Shown: positions 7,655-14,836 of the stretch, piece by piece | Position numbering within the stretch: position 1 is the first letter of the stretch | How the letters are laid out: each line of letters starts with the position of its first letter | Virus record (IMG/VR): IMGVR_UViG_3300037156_000055 | Source of the DNA: an uncultured virus (IMG/VR IMGVR_UViG_3300037156_000055) | Taxonomy: Duplodnaviria; Heunggongvirae; Uroviricota; Caudoviricetes | Direction: 5' to 3' (one strand) | Length of the DNA: 20,000 nucleotides | The notes under the pieces: generated by a model | The model's input: the letters and a program-made list of their open reading frames with translations, nothing else | Told to the model about the DNA's origin: nothing | Databases searched by the model: none | Made by a program: the position numbers and the translations under genes

Positions 7655-7810
7655 ATGAAACTGATTACAGGATTCCTAGTTGGTGGAAATCGCATTACAG
7701 CTAAAGTGTTGTGCCGCATATGCTTGTCACAACAGAATACACAGTGGGACTACATTGTTAAGAATAGCGAACATCGTCGTTGTTCTTGTTGCGGGAAACA
7801 GGTTATATAG
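7655..7810 (+). CDS. zinc-ribbon microprotein (51 aa)
   Basis: Manual translation; CRIC...CSCCG; starts 1 nt after the previous stop. Confidence 0.6.
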   Translation: MKLITGFLVGGNRITAKVLCRICLSQQNTQWDYIVKNSEHRRCSCCGKQVI

Positions 7811-7829
7811 CCAAAATCCCAAAAATACT

Positions 7830-7888
7830 TTCCCCGGGAGAAGGGGTTAGTCGATTACAGCCAATACACCAAACTTTTTCCTGGAGAA
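7830..7888. promoter_or_regulatory. two near-perfect copies of palindrome TTCTCCnGGAGAA (7830-7842, 7876-7888), candidate operator
   Basis: Each copy has one mismatch to the perfect palindrome; intergenic with A-tract flanks. Confidence 0.45.
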
Positions 7889-7893
7889 ATTTT

Positions 7894-8004
7894 ATGCCAT
7901 CAGATGATACAACCGTCAGTCTCCTATCAGGCGGCGGTGGTACTGCAGCCGGAGCATTAGAGTGCTGCTTGGAGGATACGTACAATGAATCAAAGCAGGT
8001 ATGA
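7894..8004 (+). CDS. small hypothetical protein (36 aa)
   Basis: GGAGA RBS before ATG 7894; 3' part of track ORF 7780..8004. Confidence 0.4.
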   Translation: MPSDDTTVSLLSGGGGTAAGALECCLEDTYNESKQV

Positions 8005-8212
8005 GCGACAAGCAGAAGCTTGCGCTTTACCTAACTACGGTCCACCCACTCATCTCTTTGTGATCCGATGGGATGATACCAATCCATCTAACCCGGTCAA
8101 CCAAGAACCGGGTCACATCGAACCAAGCTATCATCATGACGCCTATTGGGGTGAGGCGGGCTGTAACGAGCCCAGGTGCCCTAAGTACCGAGGACACAAT
8201 GAATCAAGCTAA
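7985..8212 (+). CDS. hypothetical protein
   Basis: 75-aa ORF, GGAGG RBS. Confidence 0.7.
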   Translation: MNQSRYERQAEACALPNYGPPTHLFVIRWDDTNPSNPVNQEPGHIEPSYHHDAYWGEAGCNEPRCPKYRGHNESS

Positions 8213-8411
8213 GCTAGACCCAGGTCATCCTGATAACTGCAAGACGAAGAATCACGTATGGTCTTCCGTCCCAGATGTACCCGGTAGCTATTACGTGTAC
8301 TGCCTGAGGTGTGAACTTGGCGGGGCTGTAGACATTGACGGCCCCAGGGAACCCTATAACCCCTGTGAGGACTTCCATATGGTCGGCGACTACCTCGTAG
8401 GACCTCGATAA
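8199..8411 (+). CDS. hypothetical protein, Cys/His motif (C...HVW...CLRC)
   Basis: GAGGA RBS before ATG 8199; 3' part of track ORF 8073..8411. Confidence 0.65.
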   Translation: MNQAKLDPGHPDNCKTKNHVWSSVPDVPGSYYVYCLRCELGGAVDIDGPREPYNPCEDFHMVGDYLVGPR

Positions 8412-8593
8412 TGACCCCTGACTGGGATAAGATCGTCAAAGAGGCTGACGAAGGCAGCATCCAGATGAGGAAGCTCCTCACAGCGGTGTTCGGGCCACCT
8501 AGTGAAACAGTGCAGGTAAAGTATGCCCTCTACGATGCCCAGAATGCTCCTTCTAAGCCTCCAGGAGCCACGATAGGTACCTCAGGGGTATAA
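8411..8593 (+). CDS. hypothetical protein (3' part overlaps repeat copy B)
   Basis: 60-aa ORF, AGGA RBS, TAATG coupling. Confidence 0.55.
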   Translation: MTPDWDKIVKEADEGSIQMRKLLTAVFGPPSETVQVKYALYDAQNAPSKPPGATIGTSGV

Positions 8594-8628
8594 TGTACCA
8601 TAAATGCTACCTTAACTCGTCCTAGGGC
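8523..8628 (-). repeat. 106-bp dispersed element, copy B
   Basis: Reverse complement aligns without gaps to 3405-3510. Confidence 0.85.
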
Positions 8629-8736
8629 TCTAAAGTAGCATATTTGATACGTTATATCGACTAGTGCCAGTATTCTATCGGAATAAGACTCCGATAACTC
8701 CGTGTCAGATAAACACCACAGTTTTCTGACATCCTT

Positions 8737-8775
8737 GCCGGGATAGCTCAGTTGGCAGAGTGCCTGCGGTGAATA
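8737..8775 (+). pseudogene. tRNA 5'-half (acceptor 5' strand plus D-arm) with no T-arm or 3' acceptor strand
   Basis: GCCGGGA-TA-GCTC-AGTTGGCA-GAGT-G matches tRNA positions 1-26; no TTCRA loop or TCCCGGC follows. Confidence 0.6.
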
Positions 8776-8807
8776 AACCCCTAATCTCCGCATATCATGC
8801 GGACAAT

Positions 8808-8834
8808 AAAAAAAGAGCCCTCTTTCGAGGGCTC
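8808..8834 (-). terminator. Rho-independent terminator for the - strand block
   Basis: Perfect 8-bp stem GAGCCCTC/GAGGGCTC, GAAA loop on the - strand, then T7 (A7 on + at 8808-8814). Confidence 0.85.
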
Positions 8835-8836
8835 CC

Positions 8837-8871
8837 TAAAGTATAATAACGATCAGGCATATTATACTTTA
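8837..8871. repeat. perfect 12-bp inverted repeat with 11-bp spacer; TATAAT in each arm
   Basis: TAAAGTATAATA-ACGATCAGGCA-TATTATACTTTA. Confidence 0.85.
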
Positions 8872-8876
8872 ACCAT

Positions 8877-8949
8877 GCCGATGTAGCTCAGTGGTACGAG
8901 CGTCTGTCTTGTAAACAGAGGGCCGTGAGTTCGATTCTCACCTTCGGCT
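8877..8949 (+). tRNA. tRNA-Thr (anticodon TGT), CCA not encoded
   Basis: Cloverleaf: acceptor GCCGATG/CTTCGGC (one T-T mismatch), D-arm GCTC/GAGC, anticodon arm TCTGT-CTTGTAA-ACAGA, T-arm GTGAG-TTCGATT-CTCAC. Confidence 0.93.
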
Positions 8950-8971
8950 TACTAATTTTCTACTTTATCCA

Positions 8972-9235
8972 CTACTTGTCTGCCCACTCCCATCCACCTA
9001 GGTGGTAGTCGGCAACCGTCTTGCCGTATTCATTCATCACATAGACATTACCGTATAAGATCGGTTCACTTGCCAGCGTGAAGTCTTGGTTCTGAAATTC
9101 TAGGGCGATGATGTCGCCTTTCTGTTGTCCATCAGTAGGTTGGCGGTCCCCGCCCCATTCACTACATGCGATAACAGTATTAGCTTGGAACACGACCTCT
9201 TGGCCGTGGATAGTTTTGTGTCGTATCGTAAACAT
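8972..9235 (-). CDS. hypothetical protein
   Basis: 87-aa ORF, last gene of the - strand block. Confidence 0.75.
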   Translation of the reverse strand: MFTIRHKTIHGQEVVFQANTVIACSEWGGDRQPTDGQQKGDIIALEFQNQDFTLASEPILYGNVYVMNEYGKTVADYHLGGWEWADK

Positions 9236-9267
9236 ATTTGCTTCTTCTTCTGTTAGTTGTTTAGTTG

Positions 9268-9720
9268 TTAATTGTTGTTGAAGTCTAGATCGAAGATATG
9301 CTCGATGGCATTCGTCAGGGCTAGGTAGATGCGGTACCTCTCGTATCCCGAACCTGATGCAATGATATCACCTTTGAGATACTTTGTAATGTGATCCGCT
9401 ACGGCTTCACGCTTTGCTTTGTGCTGTAGACCTTCGAGTACGCTTGGCTTATGCCACTCGTCTTCCTCTGAATGATACATAGGTTCACCCATAGATTCTT
9501 TGAGTGCCTCAATATCAATGTCGCGAACATCGTTGATGAAAAATTTCTTACCTTGATAGCCATGGTTGCGTTTATCAATCCGCATATCTGGATTGTCTAT
9601 CTTGTTACGCTGCGTCGTAAATTCTTCTGCGGCCACGATACATTGACTATCACTCAGCGGCCACCAAGCATTATGGACGGTACAAGTAGCCCGGCCGTAA
9701 TCAGCTACACACTTATCCAT
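9268..9720 (-). CDS. hypothetical protein
   Basis: 150-aa ORF overlapping the upstream stop. Confidence 0.7.
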   Translation of the reverse strand: MDKCVADYGRATCTVHNAWWPLSDSQCIVAAEEFTTQRNKIDNPDMRIDKRNHGYQGKKFFINDVRDIDIEALKESMGEPMYHSEEDEWHKPSVLEGLQHKAKREAVADHITKYLKGDIIASGSGYERYRIYLALTNAIEHIFDLDFNNN

Positions 9721-9913
9721 CTACAACTTCTACTTGAATCTTCGCAGCCATTGGTGAGAACCCAGGCTTCACTGGCTTGTTAGGTACATGAAAGCGTTTG
9801 GCTTTATCTTTGCTAACATGACTGTCGTGTGGGGCCCGAACCTTACCGCTCTTAGCGTGAGGTTCACTCTTAGCTTTCTTCTTGTTAGCTTGTTTGACTT
9901 TCTCAATTGCCAT
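9713..9913 (-). CDS. small basic Lys/His-rich protein
   Basis: 66-aa ORF, TAATG coupling. Confidence 0.65.
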   Translation of the reverse strand: MAIEKVKQANKKKAKSEPHAKSGKVRAPHDSHVSKDKAKRFHVPNKPVKPGFSPMAAKIQVEVVDG

Positions 9914-10374
9914 TAGTAGTACTCACAGTTCCCACAGTTATCTCCCCAATAGATATGTAGTTTCCATTTGCTGCGTAGGTTGTATAGGTGTTGACGTAGC
10001 CGCAGATGCCACGGCTTCTTCTTGCACGGTCCGATGTCAGGTAACGCATACATACGGCCAGCCGGGGCCGTAAATGAACCGTTGCCCACTACGTCATACA
10101 GTGCAGCGATAGCATCGCTATCAGGGTAAGGAGTACGAGGTTGCGCGGCTACAGATGCGCTAACCTCACGTAACAACTTTTTAGTTAACGCAGGACCACG
10201 ATTGAATGCTACTGGCTCTGTGTGATCCTTCAGCGGGATAGCTGCACCAGCTTCATCACTCCATACCAGGCATGTGGGACGAGGGTAGCCGTTGCATGAG
10301 TACGCATGTCCTGGTTCCATAACGCAATGTTTATTGTTAGGCCACGGCAGATCGCCGGGGGTAGCATAGTTCAT
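9913..10374 (-). CDS. hypothetical protein
   Basis: 153-aa ORF coupled at both ends. Confidence 0.7.
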   Translation of the reverse strand: MNYATPGDLPWPNNKHCVMEPGHAYSCNGYPRPTCLVWSDEAGAAIPLKDHTEPVAFNRGPALTKKLLREVSASVAAQPRTPYPDSDAIAALYDVVGNGSFTAPAGRMYALPDIGPCKKKPWHLRLRQHLYNLRSKWKLHIYWGDNCGNCEYY

Positions 10375-10586
10375 ACAGCCTTACTCTTCTTATTACAGGG
10401 CTTACACAGCCCGCGATAATGAATGGTCTTCTGTCGGCCAAACTCGATGTCGCAACCACAGCCGCTTCCATCGATATATTTCTTGCAGTCCTCGCAATGG
10501 AATACATAGCAAGGGAATACCTCTGGGCCTATAGCTGCTACCTTAACGATCTTGCGGCGCTTAACGATTTTCTTTTTAGGGGGCAT
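10371..10586 (-). CDS. basic zinc-binding hypothetical protein
   Basis: Lys/Arg-rich N-terminus; CEDC, CGC and CKPC motifs. Confidence 0.7.
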   Translation of the reverse strand: MPPKKKIVKRRKIVKVAAIGPEVFPCYVFHCEDCKKYIDGSGCGCDIEFGRQKTIHYRGLCKPCNKKSKAV

Positions 10587-11214
10587 GACTACCTAACTCA
10601 AACTTGCGTATCGTGTTAGCGGCAGACAGGTAACGCAGTACCTGCTGCCAGTTGTAGAATCGAATGCCGAGTACTTCTTTGTTATAGTCAGTGTCAAAGA
10701 TGAGTGCTTGCGTATTACTCTTACTACCGATAGCCTCAAGCTGCCGTGGCGAATCATCTAAGTGATAATGCAGGTCAAGACGATTGCAGTCTTCTTCTTT
10801 ATCATGAGAGAAGATAGCCTCTTGAATGTGCTGATAGATACCCTTCTTCTCAAGCCACGCAATGGTGTGCTTGTGAATCACTTCGGGCCGTGACGTTAGT
10901 ACATACAGATCGCAGAACTTACTAAGGTTATTGATGACGCCTAACGCGCCCTCATGTAGTTCGAGTTCCATGCATCGTTCGCGATTATGTAACACATGAT
11001 CGAAGCACGTATCACAGATAGCTGTCCAGTAGTCCCAACCGTCAGGCTTTGCATCATAAGAGAAGCCTTCGCGGGCAGTGTGACACACACCATCCTGAGA
11101 CTTAATATACGCAGCCCATGACTTTTGCGTATCTGCTATCACGCTGTCAATATCAAGACCGATTCGCAACCTGTTTATTCCATTTTTCAAGACTTCATCC
11201 TCTAGTCCGCTCAT
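10576..11214 (-). CDS. HAD-superfamily 5'(3')-deoxyribonucleotidase-like protein
   Basis: Motif I IGLDIDSVIAD, motif II LTSR, conserved K, motif IV LDDSP. Start moved to ATG at 11214. Confidence 0.85.
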   Translation of the reverse strand: MSGLEDEVLKNGINRLRIGLDIDSVIADTQKSWAAYIKSQDGVCHTAREGFSYDAKPDGWDYWTAICDTCFDHVLHNRERCMELELHEGALGVINNLSKFCDLYVLTSRPEVIHKHTIAWLEKKGIYQHIQEAIFSHDKEEDCNRLDLHYHLDDSPRQLEAIGSKSNTQALIFDTDYNKEVLGIRFYNWQQVLRYLSAANTIRKFELGSHAP

Positions 11215-11404
11215 ACAACCTCGGGAGTTGGACGGTGTTGAGAACACCGCACACATTACAGTAGTGCGGGATCGTAGATGTATCTGCTGCGTCCATGTGA
11301 TGTTCTTTGAAGAATTCTGTTCGTGCCGCCGTAGCGTCTAACGCATGGGCATTCCACAGATGCTGAACGAAGGCGTTAATCACGCCCTCGATTGTTGTTA
11401 CCAT
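11195..11404 (-). CDS. hypothetical protein
   Basis: GGAGG RBS and TAATG coupling support a start at 11404. Confidence 0.65.
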   Translation of the reverse strand: MVTTIEGVINAFVQHLWNAHALDATAARTEFFKEHHMDAADTSTIPHYCNVCGVLNTVQLPRLYERTRG

Positions 11405-11601
11405 TACCCCTCCGGCCACGGCTTAACGTGAGACAGACCTTTAATTTTTAGAAACTCGGTTGTCCGTTCGTTAATGCCGTAGCATTCAGTATCGCTGCCT
11501 ACAACGATTGACGGGCTGCAAGATGTTAACCACGCAGCAAATCCAATCACTGCTTCTACTGTTAGTTGATTCTGTTCTACTTTAGTTGCTCGCATTTTCA
11601 T
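11404..11601 (-). CDS. hypothetical protein
   Basis: 65-aa ORF in the operon. Confidence 0.65.
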   Translation of the reverse strand: MKMRATKVEQNQLTVEAVIGFAAWLTSCSPSIVVGSDTECYGINERTTEFLKIKGLSHVKPWPEG

Positions 11602-11986
11602 TTGCTTTTCTCTCAGCCCGTTGGGCGTTAGTGACGATCAGATGGTCTGCCCTGCATAACGTAGTGAGATTGTCGAGATGATTGAGGCAGCTATAGGATC
11701 GTTTTGTGCCGACCAACGGCACGATATGATTTACTTCAAGCTTTATGTTAGGGTGTGATTTCTTATTGGCCCCGCAAGTTTGACAAGTATACTTATCGCG
11801 CTTTCTAGCAGCGCGCCTAGCAGTGCTATAGTGATGGTTCTTAGCAATCGTTTGATAGTACAACTTAGAGCAACGGTCACTACACCAGATTGGCCTTCGC
11901 GGGCCACGTTCTTTTTGACACGCAGCCAAGCTACATAGTTCTGTTCCTGCTTCACGTCGCTTCGGGATAAGTACGCAGTCAATCAA
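11582..11986 (-). CDS. HNH endonuclease with N-terminal zinc finger
   Basis: RDKYTCQTCG...LEVNHIVP...NHLDNLTTLCRADH; N-terminal CSLAAC...WCSDRC. Confidence 0.88.
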   Translation of the reverse strand: MIDCVLIPKRREAGTELCSLAACQKERGPRRPIWCSDRCSKLYYQTIAKNHHYSTARRAARKRDKYTCQTCGANKKSHPNIKLEVNHIVPLVGTKRSYSCLNHLDNLTTLCRADHLIVTNAQRAERKANENASN

Positions 11987-12273
11987 AGCTCATCCACTGG
12001 AATCATTACGATGCTCGATGCAGCGTCAGGAAACGCGGCCTCGAAAGTAGCTATCAACTTAGAACCATGCGGCAGCGGAACAATTGGGTCCTTAGCTAGA
12101 TGCTTGTCGTATAACCCTGTCTCCATTTCCACAACGTAGAGGATGCCGGGATGTACCTCTACTGCCTTGTACTCTGTATCTCTACGAGGCAGCGGGATTA
12201 GTGTATCGCCATCCCACTCACTCGGATATGGAATCCAATCACCTTCAGCGGTCCAGGGCATTAAGAGCCTCAA
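11983..12273 (-). CDS. hypothetical protein
   Basis: 96-aa ORF in the operon. Confidence 0.65.
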   Translation of the reverse strand: MRLLMPWTAEGDWIPYPSEWDGDTLIPLPRRDTEYKAVEVHPGILYVVEMETGLYDKHLAKDPIVPLPHGSKLIATFEAAFPDAASSIVMIPVDEL

Positions 12274-12520
12274 CCGTTTGCTCTACCATCACCCAGATGC
12301 GATTGAAGTCTGCAACGTATTCTGCTGCGTCTTCGAAGTTATTGTCTTGGTTGTCGTAGTCCCGAAACCCAATGCGGGTACCAGGCAACTCAACACCATT
12401 ACATTCGACGCAGGCATATACTAGACCAACTTCATCTTCACCATACTTAGCTACTAACTGACGATTACGCATTTGCTCATGCGGATTATTTGGATCATAG
12501 ATAAACTTACTCTTGAACAT
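12245..12520 (-). CDS. hypothetical protein
   Basis: 91-aa ORF, GAGGT RBS. Confidence 0.75.
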   Translation of the reverse strand: MFKSKFIYDPNNPHEQMRNRQLVAKYGEDEVGLVYACVECNGVELPGTRIGFRDYDNQDNNFEDAAEYVADFNRIWVMVEQTVEALNALDR

Positions 12521-12617
12521 CTTCTACCTCAATTAGAATCGCGCCGCAGTACGGACAGTAGTTCCAACCGCTAGCGTTCGGCCATATACCGCAATCAGGA
12601 CATATAAGTTCTACCAT
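12507..12617 (-). CDS. zinc-ribbon microprotein (MVELICPDCG...YCPYCG..., 36 aa)
   Basis: Manual translation; two CPxCG knuckles; fills the gap and overlaps both neighbours. Confidence 0.7.
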   Translation of the reverse strand: MVELICPDCGIWPNASGWNYCPYCGAILIEVEDVQE

Positions 12618-13903
12618 GATTGCAGTACCTTATCTCCGAAGATCGCTTCACCGTTAGCAATCGGATGGCTAACGACTTTGAATACATCGTCGTTCAGAAT
12701 GTCTACTGTAGCTACGCCTTGCTGCCAGTTCATCCGTGTACCGTCACTTGGTACCTGTGAGCGTACTAACGGTTGGGGTTCTGCAATGTCATCGACATGC
12801 ATAAGTCCTGGTACGGAATGAATGCTATACGTTTCGATTCCGTCGATGTAGTGGACGGATCGTGACTCAACGCGGTAGTGGGGCGTGTGTCCGTGGATGA
12901 CGGATGCACGTAAGTCCTTCTTACCGGGAGGTTGGTGGGTGCATACGAGCTTCGGCGTGAGCCAGAACTGCCCGCTGGGATATGTTGCGCTGTAGTTTAT
13001 TCCAAGCTCTTGAAGTAGCAGTAGATTGGGTACAGATAAAACAGGCCAAGCACCAGGCACACTAGCAGCACGACGAAGACCGTAAGCGGCCAGAGCATTG
13101 CGAGCAATATACTCAGACATCCGACGTTCATGATTCCCCTCAATGTATTCTATCTGACAGTTAGGTCCAACAATGCTGCGTACCTGACAGAGCAGTTCAT
13201 ATGCGTATTCGATTGCAGGCTGCAGGGTTAGCTGAAACTCAGCCACCTGCAGATACTTACTAAGACTAGGTAAGTCCAAAAAGTCTCCAAGAATCACTAC
13301 CGTATCTGGCTTGTATATTTTGAGCATCTGTAGCATAACTGCGATAGCCCGTGTATCGTGGAATGGAGTTAGCTCCATCGTATTGATGTCGCGGTAGTAT
13401 CCGATCTGGGCATCCGGTATGATGAACACCCGCTTCGCAAAGACAGATTTGACCGGGCCTGCACCTGTGATATATTTGACATTCTTTGGTGCTGGCTGCT
13501 GGATGACCGGCCATGCTGGACCCTCTTCAAACTTCGGAGAGAATTGAATCTGCACACTACGCCGATCACGCTTCATCGGCATCTTAACGCCCTCTTTTTG
13601 GGCGTTCTTATACATGCTATCCCATGTGCCTTTGTCAGTCTTGACTGTGGCCTGCTTGATGTTGATCTGGCGCGGGTCAATGCCCCGTGCTTCCAACTCT
13701 TCCATCAAGAATGTAATGGCAGTTTCTTTATCTTTGTCGTTTACATACGTTGGATCAGTGATTAGTCGAATGCGTTTTTGGAACGTAGACGGCCCGCAAC
13801 CAACTTCACGGCTAGCTTTCTCTGCGTTCTTATCATGCTTTTCGTAGAGGTCTAAGACCTCGGAGTCGCTGTATTGGCTTAATGCTCGTTTTTCAACTGG
13901 CAT
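12611..13903 (-). CDS. calcineurin-like metallophosphoesterase with N-terminal HTH-like extension
   Basis: IPDAQ, LGDFLD, EGNHE, H, HGHTPH motifs; N-terminal NAEKASREVGCGPSTFQKRI resembles an HTH. Confidence 0.85.
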   Translation of the reverse strand: MPVEKRALSQYSDSEVLDLYEKHDKNAEKASREVGCGPSTFQKRIRLITDPTYVNDKDKETAITFLMEELEARGIDPRQINIKQATVKTDKGTWDSMYKNAQKEGVKMPMKRDRRSVQIQFSPKFEEGPAWPVIQQPAPKNVKYITGAGPVKSVFAKRVFIIPDAQIGYYRDINTMELTPFHDTRAIAVMLQMLKIYKPDTVVILGDFLDLPSLSKYLQVAEFQLTLQPAIEYAYELLCQVRSIVGPNCQIEYIEGNHERRMSEYIARNALAAYGLRRAASVPGAWPVLSVPNLLLLQELGINYSATYPSGQFWLTPKLVCTHQPPGKKDLRASVIHGHTPHYRVESRSVHYIDGIETYSIHSVPGLMHVDDIAEPQPLVRSQVPSDGTRMNWQQGVATVDILNDDVFKVVSHPIANGEAIFGDKVLQSW

Positions 13904-14303
13904 GTTTTTCCTTACGCTTTACCCTCGAACTCGTTTCTTCTAGGATTAGAAGATGTGCGTGGTCGAATAAAAGTTCAGTACGCTGGCGCTTTGCTAACTG
14001 ACTAACACTCATGTCCTCAATGATAGGACACAAGACTGCGGGGCAGCTAGGTGTGTGACGACGGCCAACAAAGATACTGTCTACACCAGACAGTTCATCA
14101 GTTACAAAGTCCAGGAAGCAGCACGTACACATACTCTTAATGAGGATCGTACTGAGTATTTCCAAATGAACTGGACCGAAATATTCTAATAGATGCTGAT
14201 TCTCTAGTATCAATGACGCTTGATCGTGAAGACCAAGCGCCTTGAATTCGGTAGTGTCGAACATGCTAGCTTTGAATATCACATGCTCAGCCATACTCGT
14301 CAT
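13893..14303 (-). CDS. hypothetical protein
   Basis: 136-aa ORF, ATGA coupling. Confidence 0.7.
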   Translation of the reverse strand: MTSMAEHVIFKASMFDTTEFKALGLHDQASLILENQHLLEYFGPVHLEILSTILIKSMCTCCFLDFVTDELSGVDSIFVGRRHTPSCPAVLCPIIEDMSVSQLAKRQRTELLFDHAHLLILEETSSRVKRKEKHAS

Positions 14304-14836
14304 CGTTGCGCGGGGATGAAATACTCCGGCCCGCTGAACTTGCGTGTGTGAGTATGAGTATCAAACTTATACGCAGGTTCTGTTACTGGTTCTTTGGGTG
14401 ACTCTAACCAATCACTCATCTTGTTGTAGCTGGCCTTGAGTCCGAACAGTACAGCTTGCTTTGTGCAGCCGTCCTGATTACCAATCTCTTCAAGTGTGTA
14501 CCCTTCGTTGTGGTACCGCATGAGGCGAGAGATAGCAGTCTCTGTTAGCTGCTCCATTGCTTTATGAATGTCGCAGATGATACTACTAAGGTCATCGATC
14601 TTGTATGCTGTATTCGTCCTGCGTGAAGCTCTAGGGATCATTGAGGCGAAGTCTTGTGCCGCCACAACCTTCTCTATAGATACGTGTGACCGTTGAGAGA
14701 CATTGATACTCATAGTCCCTGAGTCACGGGCTGATTCAATCTGAGGCCAGCACTCGAAGATTTTTTCGACTATCTCTGGCGAGTACGGATGATCTAATGC
14801 GCTTAGGATGTTGCACCTGTAAAGTCCACGACACAC
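14300..14836 (-). CDS. sigma-70 region-4-like HTH DNA-binding protein
   Basis: DIHKAMEQLT...EGYTLEEIGNQDGCTKQAV pattern; start codon uncertain. Confidence 0.7.
   Translation of the reverse strand: MCRGLYRCNILSALDHPYSPEIVEKIFECWPQIESARDSGTMSINVSQRSHVSIEKVVAAQDFASMIPRASRRTNTAYKIDDLSSIICDIHKAMEQLTETAISRLMRYHNEGYTLEEIGNQDGCTKQAVLFGLKASYNKMSDWLESPKEPVTEPAYKFDTHTHTRKFSGPEYFIPAQR

Noticed and set aside
8530..8793. 87-aa - strand ORF
   Set aside because: It lies downstream of the - strand terminator and across the repeat, hairpins and tRNA-like half; no protein features.
8837..8871. Protelomerase (telRL) target
   Set aside because: telRL sites are long uninterrupted palindromes; this has an asymmetric 11-bp spacer, and the recombinase is Xer-like in size and motifs.
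8950..8972. tRNA-associated HDV-like (theta) ribozyme
   Set aside because: The tRNA trailer is a short AT-rich stretch running into the next gene's stop; no nested pseudoknot is visible.
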